Positions 11,026-24,894 of a stretch of 64,000 nt of DNA are shown in pieces. The DNA is from Mobula hypostoma (taxonomy: Eukaryota), in assembly GCF_963921235.1 (NCBI RefSeq), contig NC_086097.1:3906001-3970000 (forward strand), written 5' to 3'. The notes beneath the pieces are model-generated. The model was not told where the DNA came from and did no database searches. It saw nothing but the letters and a program-made list of their open reading frames with translations. The first letter of the stretch is position 1. Each line of letters opens with the position of its first letter. The position numbers were made by a program, and so were the translations under genes.

Positions 11026-14000
11026 GTTTTAGGTCAAACTAATGCTCGAAGTTCAATGGAACAAAAACATTTTAAAGATGGTTCTCATGCTCTGAAGGTA
11101 GAAGAAATGGATTCCTGCTGAAATCCAAAGCTGTCACAAGAACATGGGCTCCTGCTTAGCAAAACTATGGTACCAACAAGAGTACATACAAGTGATTACA
11201 GCTCTGTGTTTTTCTAAATTAAAGTGACATCAACTAAATTAAGTTGTGAATATTAGATGCAAAAGAGCTATTATGCAAAGTACTGCAAATAAACCTCTGT
11301 TCCCTGTGCTGCATTATGTTTCCAAGTGTTTACAGCTGTTGATACTGGTTGTTAAATAGTTTACCCTTCAGCCATCAGGCTCTTGAACCCGTGGGCATAA
11401 CTTAACTCACCCCGCCACTGAACTCTTCCAACAACCTTTGGACTCACTCTGAATGACTCTTCATCTCATGTCCTCGATATTTATTAATTGTTTATTTTTA
11501 TTATTTTGTTTTCAGTTTCTTGACTTGCACAGATTCACCACTCTCTGGCAAAAGAAATTCCTCCTCATCTCTGTTCTGAAAGGACACGCATCTATTCTGG
11601 GCCTCTGTCCTCTGGTCTCAGACCCTCCTACCATACGAAACATCCTCTCTACATCCATCCTATCGAGGTCTTTCACCATTCGATAGGTTTCAATGAGGTC
11701 ACCCCTCATTCTTCTGAACAGAGAATACAGATCCAGAGCCATCAAACACTCTTCATATGACAAGTCATTCAATCATGCAGTCATTTCTGTGAACCTCCTT
11801 CAAACTCTCTCCAGTTTCAGCACATCCTTTCTAAGATAAGGGGCCGAAAACTGGTCGCAATACTCCAGGTGAGGCCTCACCATTGAGTTATAAGGATTCA
11901 ATATTACATCCTTGCTTTTATATTCTAGACCTCTTGAAATGAATGCTAACATTGCATTTGCCTTCCTCACCACTGACTCAATCTGCAAACTTTAGGAATC
12001 CTGCACAAGGACTCCCTCATCCCTTTGCACCTCAGATTTTTTGTATTTTCTCTCCATTTAGAAAATAGTCACCCCTTTTATTCCTTCTACCAAAGTGCAT
12101 GACCATACACTTCCAACACTGTATTACATCTGCCATTTCTTTGCCCATATTCTTAATCTGTCTAAGGTCTTCTGTAGCCTCTCTACTTACTCAAAACTGC
12201 CTGCTCCTCCACCTGTTTTCATTCCGTCTGCAAATCTTGCAAGCAACCCATCAATTCCATCATCCAAATCATTGACATATAATCTAAAAAGAATCGGTCT
12301 CAACACAAACCCCTGTGGAACACAACTAGTCACCAGCAGTCAGCCAGAAAAGGCTCCCTTTATTCCCACTCTTTGCCTCCTGCCATTCAGCCACTGCTTT
12401 ATCTGTGATAGAATCTTTGCCGTAATTCCATGAGCTCGTAGCTTGTTAACCAGCCTCTTGTCTGGTACCTTGTCAAAAGCCTTCTGAAAATCCAAATACA
12501 CAACATCAACCAATTCTCCTTTGTCCATCCTGCTTGCTATTTCTTCAAAAATTCCAATAGATTTGTCAGGCGAGAATTTCCCTTGAGGAAACTATGCTGC
12601 CTACAGCCTATCTTATCATGTACCTCCAAGCACCCTAAGACCTCATCCTCGATAATCAACTTCAACATCTTCCCAACCACTGAGGTCAGATTAACTGGCC
12701 TATAGTTTCCTTTATTCTGCCTCTCTCCTTTCTTGAAGCATGGAGCAACATTTGCTATTTTCCAGTCTTCCAGAACCACACCAGAATCTAGTGATTCTTG
12801 ATTACAAGTGATTAGTGATTACTAATGCCTCCACAATCTCTTCAGCCACCTCTTTCAGAACTCTAGTGTAAACACCACCTGATCCAGGTGGCTTATCTGC
12901 CTTCAGACCTTTCTGTTTTCCAAGAACCTTCTCTCCAATTGCAGAACATAGAAATCTACCGTACATTACAGGCCCTTCGACCCACAATGTTGTGCTGACC
13001 ATGTAACCTACTCTAGAAACTGCCTAGAATTTCCCTACTGCATAGCTCTCTATTTTTCTAAGCTTCATGTACTGTACCTATCGAACAGTTTCTTAAAAGA
13101 CCCTATTGTATCTGCCTCCACCACCTTTGCTGGCAGTGCATTCCACGCATCCACCACTCTCTGTGTGAAAAATTTACCCCTGACATCCCCCTTGTACCTA
13201 TTTCCAAGTATGCCCCCTCATGTTAGCCATTTCGGCCCTGGGGAAAAAAAACATCTGCCCAGCCACATGATCAATGCTTCTCATCCTCTTATAAAAACAT
13301 AAGACATAGGAGCAGAATTACGCCATTTGGCCTATTGAGTCTGCTCCACCGTTCAATCATGTCTGGTCCTTTTTTCCCCTCCTCAACCCAGTTCCCAGCC
13401 TGCTCCCCGTAACCTCTGATGCCATGTCCAATCAGGAACCTATCAATCCCTTCCTTAAATGCACCCAACGACCTGGCCTCCATAGCTGCATGTGGCAACA
13501 AATTCCACAAGTTCACCACCCTCTGGCTAAAGAATTTTTTCTGCATCTCTGTTTTGAAAGGATGCCCCTCTATCCTGAGCTGTGTCCTCTTGTTCTAGAC
13601 TCTTCCACTACTCTCTCACCCATTCTTTCCACATCTACTCTGTTTAGGCCTTTCAACATTCGAAAGGTTTCAATGAGATCCCTCCACAGCTGCCTGTGGT
13701 AATAAATTCCACAAATTAACTATACTCTGGTGAAAGAAATTTCTCCACACCTCTGTTTTAAATGGACAACCCTCTAATCTGAGGCTGTGCCCTCTTGCCC
13801 TAGGCTCCCCCACCCTGGGAAACATCCTATCATGCGAGGTTTCAATGAGATCCCCCCTCATACTTCTAAATTCCAGCCAGTACAGACCCTTTCATTCCTG
13901 GAATGATCCATGTGAACCTCCTCTGGACCCTCTCCAATGCCAGCACATCTCTTCTAAGATGAGGAGCCAAAACCGTACACAATACTCAAGGTGAGGCCTC

Positions 14001-16090
14001 ACCAGTGCCTTATAAAGCCTCAGCATCACATCCCTGCTCTTGTATTCTAGACCTCTTGAAATGAATGCTAACATTGCATTTGCCTTCCTCACCACCGACT
14101 CAACCTGCAAGTTAACCATTAGGGTGTTCTGCACAAGGACTCCCAATTCCCTTTGCATCTCAGATTTATATAGCATAAAAAGAAGTGGTCCCAAAACAGA
14201 CTCCTGTGGAACACCATTAGTCACTGGCAGCCAACCAGACAAGAATCCTTTTATTCCCACTCACTGCCTTCTTCCAATCAGCCAATGCTCTAACCATGTT
14301 AGTAACTGTCCTGTAATACCACAGGCTCTTAACTTGGTAAGCAGTATCATGTGTGGCACCTTGTCAAAGGCCTTCAGAAAGTCCAAATACACATCCCCTT
14401 TATCTATCCCACTTGTAATCTCCTCAAAGAATTCCAGCAGGTTCGTCAGACAGGATTTTCCCTGAACAAAACCATGCTGACTTTGTCCTATCTTGTCCTG
14501 TGTCACCAAGTACTCCATCACCTCATCCTTAACAATTGACTCTAACATCTTCCTAACCATCGGGGTTAGGCTAACTGGTCTGTAAGTTCCTTTCTGCTGC
14601 CTTCCTCCTATCTTAAAGAGTAGAATGGCATTTGCAATTTTCCAGTCCTCTGGCAACATGTCACCATGCCAGAGTCCAATGATCTTTGAAAGTTCATTTT
14701 TAATGCCGCCACAATCTCTACAGCTACCTCTTTCAGGACCCTTGTGTACAGTTCATTTGGTCTGGGTGACTTATGTACCTTTAAGTCTTTCAACCTTTTG
14801 AGCACCTTCTCCCTTGTAATAGTAACTGCACCCACTTTTACAACCGTGGCTGACAAGGGAAGTCAAAGCTAATATAAAATCAAAAGAGAAGGCATACAAC
14901 AAAGCAAAAATTATTGGGAATATAGAGGATTGGGAAGTTTTTAAAAACCTACAGACAGCAACTAAAACAATCAATAGAAGGGAAGAGATGAAGTATGAAA
15001 GCAAGCTAGCAAATAATATCAAAGTGGATAGATGCAACTATGTCTCATCACCAGCCTGCCATTCCTGAGTCTGACTGCATGCTATCTTTACTTTTTTACT
15101 ATCCATCCTATCCTGAGTCCTATCAGTTCGGTTTCCAACCCCCCTGACAAATTAGTTTAAACCCTTCCCAACAGGTCAAACAAACCTGCCTGCGAGAATA
15201 TTCGTCTCCCTTGGGTTCAGGTACAACCCATCACTTTTGAACAGGTCTATGGACAAGGGCCCCGAGATCTTGCTGATCCTCCGCACTGCCAAGAGTCTTA
15301 CCATTAATATTATATTCTGTCTTCAAATTTGACTGAGCAAAATGAACCACTTCACATTTATCTGGGTTGAACACCATCTGCCACTTCTCAGCCCAGTTCT
15401 GCATCCTATCAATGTCTTGCTGTAACCTCTGGGAATCCTCCAGACTATCCACACACCCCCAACCTTTGTGTCATCAACAAACTTACTAACCCACTCTTCT
15501 AGTTCTTCATCCAGGTCATTTATAAAAATCACAAAGAGGAGGGTTCCCAGAGCAGATCCCTGCGGAACACCACTGGTGATTGACCTCCATGCAGAATATG
15601 AACCATCTACAACCACAATTTGCCTTCTGTAGACAAGCCAATTTTAGATCCACAGAGCAAGGTCTCCTTGGATGCCAAGCTCCTTCCTTTCTGAATGAGC
15701 CTTGCATGGGGAATCTTATCAAGGGCCTTAATAAAATCCATATACACTATATCCACAGCTCTACCTTTATCAATGTGTTTTGTTACATCCTCAAATAATT
15801 TTTACATCCTCAAAGAATTTGTTACATCCTCAAAGAATGGTAACTTCACACACTTCATAAGACCTGACACCTGGAACTTCCACCATGCTGCCAGTGTCTT
15901 CCGCAGTGAATACCGATGTAAAATACTTACTCAGTTTGTCTGCCATTTTCTTGTCCCCCACTAGCACCTCTCCAGCATCATTTTCCAGTGAACCAATATG
16001 CACCCTCATCTCTCTTTTACACTTAAAATATCTGAAGAAACTTTTGGAATTCTCTTTAATATTATTGGCTTGCTTACTTCGGTATTCCAC

Positions 16091-16933
16091 CTTGGCAGAT
16101 GCAATTTAATGTGGATAAATGTGAAGTTATCCACTTTGGTGGCAAAAACAGGAAAACAGATTATTATCTGAATGGTGGCCGATTAGGAAAAGGGGAGGTG
16201 CAACGAGACCTGGGTGTCATTATACACCAGTCATTGAAAGTGGGCATGCAGGTACAGCAGGCGGTGAAAAAGGCGAATGGTATGCTGGCATTTATAGCGA
16301 GAGGATTCGAGTACAGGAGCAGGGAGGTACTACTGCAGTTGTACAAGGCCTTGGTGAGACCACACCTGGAGTATTGTGTGCAGTTTTGGTCCCCTAATCT
16401 GAGGAAAGACATCTTTGCCATAGAGGGAGTACAAAGAAGGTTCACCAGATTGATTCCTGGGATGGCAGGACTTTCATATGAAGAAAGACTGGATGAACTG
16501 GGCTTGTACTCGTTGGAATTTAGAAGATTGAGGGGGGATCTGATTGAAACGTATAAGATCCTAAAGGGATTGGACAGGCTAGATGCAGGAAGATTGTTCC
16601 CGATGTTGGGGAAGTCCAGAACGAGGGGTCACAGTTTGAGGATAGAGGGGAAGCCTTTTAGGACCGAGATTAGGAAAAACTTCTTCACACAGAGAGTGGT
16701 AAATCTGTGGAATTCTCTGCCACAGGAAACTGTTGAGGCCAGTTCATTGGCTATATTTAAGAGGGAGTTAGATATGGCTCTTGTGGCTACGGGGGTCAGG
16801 GGGTATGGAGGGAAGGCTGGGGCGGGGTTCTGAGTTGGATGATCAGCCATGATCATAATAAATGGCGGTGTAGGCTCGAAGGGCTGAATGGCCTACTCCT
16901 GCACCTATTTTCTATGTTTCTATTTTCTATGTT
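16091..16933 (+). mobile_element. Young 5'-truncated CR1 with an uninterrupted ORF2 C-terminus (244 aa)
   Basis: ORF 16099-16833 has no stops; (tctatgtt)n tail; closely similar to the copy at 32899-33699. Confidence 0.9.
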
Positions 16934-17530
16934 TACCTTCTTAATGACTTTTTTAGTCGCCTTCTGTTGGTTTTTAAAAGCTTCCCAATCCTCGAACTTC
17001 CCAATAATTTTTGCTCTATTAAATGCCCTCTCTTTGGCTTTTATGATGACTTTGACTTTTCTTGTTTGCCATGGTTGGGTCATCTTTCCTTCAGAGCACT
17101 TCCTCTTTTTGATTTATATGTCCTCTGTCTTCCGAATTGCTTCCAGAAATTTCAGACATTGCTGCTCTGCCATCGTCCTTGCCGGTGTCCTTTTCCTATC
17201 AATCCTGGCCAACTACTCTCTTAAGCCAATGTAATTTCCACTGTAATACGGATACCTGGCCCTAGGGTCCTTTTACCTTAAGGTCTCTAATGAATTCTGG
17301 TTCATTGCACAACACCCAATCCAGAATAGCTGATTCCCTAGTGAGCTCAACCATGAGCCGCTCTAAAAAGCCATCTCATATGCACTCTCAAAATTCCCCC
17401 TCCTGGAATCCAGCTCCAACCTGATTTCCCCAATCTACCTTCATATTGAAATCCCCCATAACTATTGTAACATTGCCCTTTTGACATGCATTTTCTATCT
17501 CCCATTGTAATTTGTAGACCACATCCTTAC

Positions 17531-18215
17531 ACCAAGGAATCAGTCCAGCAACAAAACTGAAGTTCTACAGAGCCGTGGTACTCACTACCCTCCCGTATGC
17601 CTGTGAAACGTGGACTGTGTATCGAAGGCATGCAAGACAGCTCAACCATTTCCACATGACTTGTCTTCGCAGAGTATTAGGCATCAGATGGCTGATAAAG
17701 TACCAGACACTGAAGTTCTCTCTAGAGCAAGTCTACCATCAGTCCACACACTGCTGATGAGAGCACAGACCCGGTGGGCAGGTCATGTCATCCGCATTCT
17801 GGACAAGCGCATACTCAAGCAGCTCCTTTTTGGGGAACTCTCTGCTGGAAGACGCTTGCATGGAGGGCAGAAGAAACGTTACAAAGACACACAAAAGGCC
17901 TCCCTGAAGTCATTTGACATAGACACAACCTCCTGGGAAATGCTGGCACAAAACCGCCCTACCTGGCACGGCCTCATCCACAAGGGCTGTCAAGCTTACG
18001 AAGCAAGGCGCATTGCTGAAGCACAACATAAGCGCGAGCTGCACAAGTCCAGAGCCACCAGTGCAACAACTGCAGTGCCTACACGTCTGCCCAACATGTG
18101 CCAGGATATTCCGTGCCTGAATTGGCCTGACCAGTCATCTTCGGACACACCGCATCCAGTCTCAAAGTGACTAATGGTGTCGAGGTCTTCATCGACGACG
18201 ATGGACGAACAACAA
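17531..18215 (+). mobile_element. RTE-clade LINE 3' end with a decayed C-terminal C2H2 zinc finger
   Basis: VLTTLPYACETWTVYRRH, DKVPDTEVL, RWAGHVIR, KQLLFGEL..G.R..GGQKKRYKD. Confidence 0.8.
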
Positions 18216-18570
18216 TTGTTTGGCGGTAAGCAGTCAAGAAATCCAACAAAGAATCGCCCGTGAAGTATTTAGAGAAAATCCTCAGGATCAGAAATCTATC
18301 TCTACATACAAAGATTTGACTTGTGCAGGCGATGGTGTTCTCAACAACATTATATGGACGTGAAAGTTGGACAGTAAAGAAGAAAGATAGAAAGTGTATC
18401 AATGCCTTTGAACTGTGGTGCTGTAGCAAATTACTACGCATCTTGTGGACTTCTCACAGAACAAACAAGTCAATCATCAAAGAGATCGAACCAAGGCTCT
18501 CTCTTCGGAGGCTCAAATGACAAAACACCACCTACCGTACTACGACTCTGTGGCACTTAACAACAACAAT
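18216..18570 (+). mobile_element. BovB-like RTE RT C-terminal fragment
   Basis: QAMVFSTTLYG.ESWTVKKKDRKCINAFELWC...LRI.WT..RTNKSI.KEI. Confidence 0.75.
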
Positions 18571-19866
18571 GTAAACAACCCAAGAGCGTCTTTTCACCCT
18601 TGCAGTTCCTTAGCTCTATCCACAACGATACAACACCTTCCAACCCTATGTCATTTCTTTCTGATGATTTGATTTCATTTTTTACCAACAAGCAACGCCA
18701 CCCCGTCTGCCATCCTGCTTGTCCTTTCCATAAAATGTGTATCCTTGGACATTAAACTCCCAGCTATAAACTTCTTTCAACCATAATTCAGAGGTTTACA
18801 ACATCCACCGGCTAATCTGTAACTGTGCTGCAAGTTTATCTGCCTTTTTCCATATACTGCATGCAATCAAATATAACACCTTCTTCTGTATTCACCCTTT
18901 TCAATTTTGTTCGTCTTTTTCATTGCAACTCATCCTGTTGACTACAAGTTCAGAATGAGAATGAGAATCAGAATCAGGTTTACTATCACCAGCATGTGCC
19001 GTGAAATTTGTCAACTTAGCAGCAGCAGTTCAATGTAGTACATAATATAGAAGATAATAAAAAAATAAATAAATAACAGTATGTATAGAAACCATAGAAA
19101 CTACAGCACAGAAACAGGCCTTTTGGCCCTTCTTGGCTGTGCCGAACCATTTTCTGCCTAGTTCCACTGACCTGCACACGGACCATATCCCTCCATACAC
19201 CTCCCATCCATGTATCTGTCCAATTTATTCTTAAATGTTAAAAAAGAACCCCCATTTACCACCTCGTCTGGCAGCTCATTCCATACTCCCACCACTCTCT
19301 GTGTGAAGAAGCCCCCCCTAATGTTCGCTTTAAAGTTTTCCCCCCTCTTTAAGTATATATATTGAATAGATTAAAAAATCGTGCAAAAACAGAAATAAAA
19401 TATGTTAAAGAAGTGGGTAGTGTTCAGGGGTTCAATGTCCATTTAGGAATTAGATGGCAGAGAGGAAGAAGCTGTTCCTGAATCACTGAGTGTGCGCCTT
19501 CAGGCTTCTGTATCTCCTACCTGGGTAACAGTGAGAAAAGGGCATGTCCTGGGTGCTGGAGGCACTTAATAATGGACGCTGCCTTTCTGAGGCACTGCTC
19601 CTTGAAGATATCCTGGGTACTTTGTGGGTTAGTACCCCAGATGGAGCTGACTAAATTTACGAACCTTTGCAGCTTCTTTCGATCCTGTGCAGTAGCCCGC
19701 GCCCCCCCCCCATACCAGACAGTGATGGAGCCTGGCAGAATGCTCTCCATGCTACATCTATATAAGTTTTTAAGTGCTTTTGTTGACATACCAAATCTCT
19801 TCAAGTTCTTATGAAGTATGGTGGCTGTCTTGCCTTCTTTATAATTGCATTGAGGGTTACGGTCAG

Positions 19867-20887
19867 TTTTAGATTCGATAATTAACCTCAATCCATGTCA
19901 GAAAGGTGCATCGGCTATGATTTATAATATTATTATGAAACTTAGGAAAGCTCCATTTGATAACATTAGGGTAGATTGGGAACAGGAATTGGGGCTTACC
20001 ATTTCTGTGGATGATTGGGGGCAGATTTTACAATTAGTTAATACTTCCTCTATTTGTGCTAAACATTCCCTAATTCAATTTAAAGTGGTTCATAGAGCAC
20101 ATATGTCCAAAGATAAGTTAGCGCGTTTTTACTCGCATATTAATCCTTTTTGTGATAGATGTTCGGGGCAGATAGCCTCTTTAACTCATATGTTTTGGTC
20201 TTGCCCTACTTTGGAAACTTTTTGGAGAGATATTTTTAATATTATTTCTAAGGTATTAAATATAGATATCTCTCCTCACCCTATTACTGCTATCTTTGGA
20301 CTACCTAAAATTTCTAGTAATCTTTCCCCTTCAGCCCGTAGAATGATTGCATTTCTTACTTTAATGGCGAAAAGATGTATTTTACAACATTGGAAAGAGC
20401 TTAATGCTCCAACTACCTTTTTTTGGTTCTCTCAGACGATTTTATGTTTGAATCTGGAGAAAATTAGAAGTAACCTTTATGATTCTTCATTTAAATTTGA
20501 ACAGATTTGGGGACCTTTTATTCGATATTTTCATTTAATGTAATATATACCCTTCTTGTTTTTTTTTCACTGTTTTTAATGGAGGTCGGGATTGAGGACG
20601 TGATTTTAAGTTTAACTCTGTTTGGTTTCAAGTTAGCCCATTGCTTTGCTTTGCTTTTAGTTAGTTGCACGGTGGGTTTTTTTTGGGGTTTTTTTTTCTT
20701 TTTTTCCATTGATATATATAAAATTTAGTATACTATTATGTTATCTTGGTTTCTTATGTTTAAATTACATTGTTTGTAGTATTTTTTTTTGGTATTGATA
20801 CCTTCTGGAATTTTATTATACTTTAACATTGTATTAATGTTTATATGGCTTACCTTTTTGTATACTTATTCAATAAAAAGATTTAAA
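19867..20887 (+). mobile_element. L1/Tx1-clade LINE 3' end with TSD
   Basis: Open 208-aa ORF with a CDRC...LTHMFWSC zinc motif, T-rich 3'UTR and AATAAA. 15-bp TSD GAGGGTTA(C/T)GGTCAG at 19852-19866 and 20888-20902. Confidence 0.88.
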
Positions 20888-20949
20888 GAGGGTTATGGTC
20901 AGAGATCTTGACACCCAGGAGCTTGAATCTGCTCTCTCTCTCCACTTTT

Positions 20950-21710
20950 GCGCACTCTCCGCTGAACATCCTGGTCCCTCAACACCAGCTCCATAGCCAA
21001 GAAAGCCCAGCAGCGTCTCTACTTTCTGCAAGGCTGAGAAAAGTCCATCTCCCACCCCCCACCCTCACCACATTCTACAGAGGATGTATCGAGAGCATCC
21101 TGAGCAGCTGCATCACTGCCTGGTTCGGAAATTGCACCATCTCGGATCGCAAGACCCTGCACTGGATAGTGAGGTCAGCTGTGAAGATCATTGGGGTCTC
21201 TCTTCCCGCCAACGCAGACATTTACACCACATGCTGCACCCATAAAGCCAACAGTATTGTGAAGGACGCCACACACCCCTCATACAAACTCTTCTCCCTC
21301 CTGCCATCTGACAAAAGGTACCAAAACATTCAGGCTCTCACGACCAGACTGTGCAACAGTTTCTTCCCCCAAGCCATCAGACTCCTCAATACTCAGAGTC
21401 TAGACTGACATCTACATCGTTTATTATTATATAGTAATTTGTCCTCTACTGTGCCTATTGTCTTGTTTATTAATTATTGTACTGCCCTGCACTGCTTTGT
21501 GCACTTTATGTAGTCCTGTGCAGGTCTGTAGTCTAGTGTAGTTTTTATGTTGTCTTACGTAGTCTAGTGTAGCCTTGTGCTGTCTCACATAGTCTAGTGT
21601 AGTTTTGTGTTGTTTTGTGTAGCACCAGGGTCCTGGTGGAACGTTATTTCATTTTTACTGTGTACTGTACCAGCAGCTTATGGTCGAAATGACAATAAAC
21701 TTGACTTGAC
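20950..21710 (+). mobile_element. Rex/Babar LINE 3' end inserted in the older Rex element
   Basis: FYRGCIESILSSCITAWFGNC ... NSFFPQAIRLLN; (acttg)n tail. Confidence 0.85.
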
Positions 21711-21889
21711 TTCTGATCCCTCTATGAGAATTGGTATGTGTTCCTTCATCTTACCCTTCCTGAAGTCCACAATCAGCTCTTTCGCCTTACTGACGTTGAA
21801 TACAAGTTTGTTGCTGTGACACCACTCCACTAGTTGGCATATCTCACTCCTGTACGCCCTCTCATCTCCATCTGAGATTCTACCAACAA

Positions 21890-22031
21890 CGTCCTGACGA
21901 AGGGTCTCGGCCTGAAACGTTGACTGCGCCTCTTCCTAGAGATGCTGCCTGGCCTGCTGCGTTCACCAGCAACTTTGATGTGTGTTGCTTGAATTTCCAG
22001 CATCTGCAGAATTCCTGTTGTTTGCGTTTAA
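21890..22031 (+). mobile_element. Mini-Penelope pLTR insertion starting at the hammerhead motif (21891-21925), 13-bp TSD
   Basis: TSD ATTCTACCAACAA at 21877-21889 and 22032-22044; GUC CUGACGA...GAAAC GUU GACU. Confidence 0.8.
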
Positions 22032-24894
22032 ATTCTACCAACAATGGTTATATCATCAGCAAATTCATAGATGGTATTTGAGCTATGCCTAGACACACAG
22101 TCGTGCGTATATAGAGAGTAGAGCAGTGAGCTAAGTACACACCCCTGAGGTGCACCAGTGTTGATTATCAGCAAGGAGGAGATATTATCACCAATCCACA
22201 CAGACTGTGGTCTTCTGGTTAGGAAGTCACGGATCCAATTGCAGAGAAAGGTACAGAGGCCCAGATTTTGAAACTTATCAGTCGGGATTGTGGGAATGAT
22301 GGTGTAAATGCTGAGCTATGGTCCATGAACAGCAATCTGATATAGGTGCTCGTATTGTCCAGGTGGTCTCAGGCCATGGGAAAAGCCATTGAGATTGCAT
22401 CTACCGTTGACCTATTGTGACGATAGGCAGATTGCAGTGGGTCCAGGTCCTTGCTGAGGAAGCAGTTCAATCTAGTCGTGATCAACCTCTCAAAGCATTT
22501 CATCACTGTAGATGTTAGTGCTACTGGATGATAGTCATTAAGGCAGCTCACATTATTCTTCTTAATCACTGGTATAATTGTTGCCGTTTTAAAGCAAGTG
22601 GGAACTTCCATCCGTAGCAGTGAGAGGTTGAAAATGTCCTTGAATACTCCCGCCAGTTAGTTAGCACAAGTTTTCAGAGCCTTACCAGGTACTCCATCGG
22701 GACCTTCTGCCTTGTGAGGGTTCACCCTCTTTAAAGGCAGCCTAACACTGGCCTTCGAGACAGAGATCACAGGGTCACTGGGTGCAGCAGGGATCTTCAC
22801 AGCTGTAGTTATATTCTCCCTTTCAAAGCAGGCATGGAAGGCATTGAGTTCATCTGGTAGTGAAGCATTGCTGCCATTCATGCTACTGGGTTTCGCTTTG
22901 TCGGAAGTAATGACTTGCAAACCCTGCCAGAGTTGTCGTACATCTGATGTCACCTCCAACCTCATTCAAAATTGTCTCTTCACCCTTGAAATAGCCCTCC
23001 GCAAGTCATACCTGGTTTTCTGGTAGAGACTTGGGTCACCAGACTTCAATGCCACAGATCTAGCCTTTAGCAGACGACATAGCTCTTGGTTCATCCACAG
23101 TTATTGGTTTGGGAATGTACAGTAAGTCTTTGTAGGCACACACTCATCCACACAGGTTGTAATGAAGTCAGTAACAACTGCAGCACACACATCCAAATTT
23201 GAAGATGAATCTCTGAATAGTCCAGTCCACCAATTCAAAGCAGTCCTGCAGGCACTCCTGTGCTTCCCTTGTCCATACCTTCTTGGTCCTCACTACTGGT
23301 GCTGCAGTCTTCAGTCTCTGCCTATACTCAGGATGTAGAAGTACAGCCAGGTGATCAGACTTCCCGAAGTGAGGGCGTGGAATAGTACAGTAGGTGTTTT
23401 TGATGGTGGTATAACAATGGTCCGGTGTGTTGTTTCCTCTGGTATTGCAAGTGATCTGTTGATGGTAATTGTTTAATGATTTTTTTCAGACTGGCCTGGT
23501 TAAAATCTGCCAAAACGATGGTGAAGGCGTTAGGATGCGCTGTTTCGTGCATGTTGATCCCATTGCTCAGATCATCTAAAGCCTGATTGACTTTGGCCTG
23601 AGGTGGAATGTATACCGCTTCCAAAATAATCACAGAAATCTCCCATGGTAGGTAAAATGGATGGCACTTAACTGCTAGATATTCCAGGTCTAGTGAGCAG
23701 AATTGGGACAGCACTGATATATTCGTGCACCAAGAGGAGTTGATCATGAGGCAAACTCCTCCACCTCTGCTTTTGAGAGACTCTATAGATATATCCTGAC
23801 AGTGTATAGTAAATCTGTCGATCTGAATTGCTGCATCCGGTATGGAAGGGGTTAACCAGGATTCCCTAAAATAAAGGACACTTGCGGTCCTTTGCCCTTT
23901 CAACAGCTTCTCCTCACTACACATTGCCTCTTTTTGTAAACCAGCTACCTCATCTTCAACACTATCATCTGCCTTTCCTGCAATACTTCTTGCATTGAAA
24001 TATAAGCAGCTCAGGACGCTGGTTGAACCATGCTCAATCTTTTGATTCCTAAACAGCAGGAATTCTGCAGATGCTGGAAGTTCAAGCAACGCACATCAAA
24101 GTTGCTGGTGAACGCAGCAGGCCAGGCAGCATCTCTAGGAAGAGGTACAGTCGACATTTCAGGCCGAGACCCTTCGACGTTTCAGGCCTAACTTTGTCTG
24201 AGGTCTTACCAACATCTGTCTCCACAACCTCTCCACTTACTGTTCTGCCACTCTGGTTCCCATTGCTCGTTCGTCCTGGGTGAGTCTAGGACCAGAAAGC
24301 ACTACCTCAGAATAGAGGGACATCCCTTTTGAAGAGAGATGAGGAGGAACTCGCACAAAATGCTGGAGGAACTCAACAAACCAGGCAGCATCTATGGAAA
24401 AGAGTACAGTCAACATTTTAGGCCAGGACCCTTCAGCAGGACTGGAGAGTAAAATATGAGGAGTAGAGTTAGAAGGTGAGAGAAGGGAAGAAGAAACACA
24501 AGGTGATAAGTGAAATAGGGAGCGGGAGGGGTGAAGTAAAGAGTTGGGAAGTTGATTAGTGAAAGAAATACAGGGCTGGAGAAGGGGGAATCTAATAGGA
24601 GAGGACAGAAGGCCATGGAAGAAGGAAAAGGGGAGGACCTCCAGAGGGAGGTGATGGGCAGGCAAGGAGATAAGGTGAGAGAGAGAGAGAGATAAGGGAA
24701 TGGGGGGGGGGGAGGCATTACCAGAAGTTGAGTTCCTCAGGCATTTTGTATGTATTGTCTGAAAAGAACAGTTAATGAAGATCAGTACTGATGGTTGGAT
24801 CTCAAAATGTAGGTATAATGATGGTGCGAAATAAGTGTTTCATGAAGTTAGATTTTCCACATGCACATACCTAATTGTATTCAATTTCAATAGT

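Larger units (their letters stand above)
11525..18950 (-). mobile_element. Cluster of nested, fragmented CR1 LINEs (RT and endonuclease pieces, mostly -)
   Basis: Repeated CR1 ORF2 motifs: DVVYLDFQKAFDKVP, GNYRPV.LTSVVGK, YKALVRPHLEYC, RGDLIE. Confidence 0.9.
18952..23892 (-). mobile_element. Long Rex/Babar LINE (APE + RT + 3' tail) carrying several secondary insertions
   Basis: Minus-strand peptides GGGVCLMIN..WC (APE), [46 protein letters not shown] (RT), ESIL.G.ITVWYG; (gattct)n tail near 18955. Confidence 0.85.

Noticed and set aside
15778..15838. Threefold ttacatcctcaaa repeat
   Set aside because: Local slippage at a junction between CR1 fragments; no sign of function.
23355..24089. 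244-aa ORF as a novel gene
   Set aside because: A chance read-through across a mini-Penelope, a CR1 fragment and the Rex APE domain.
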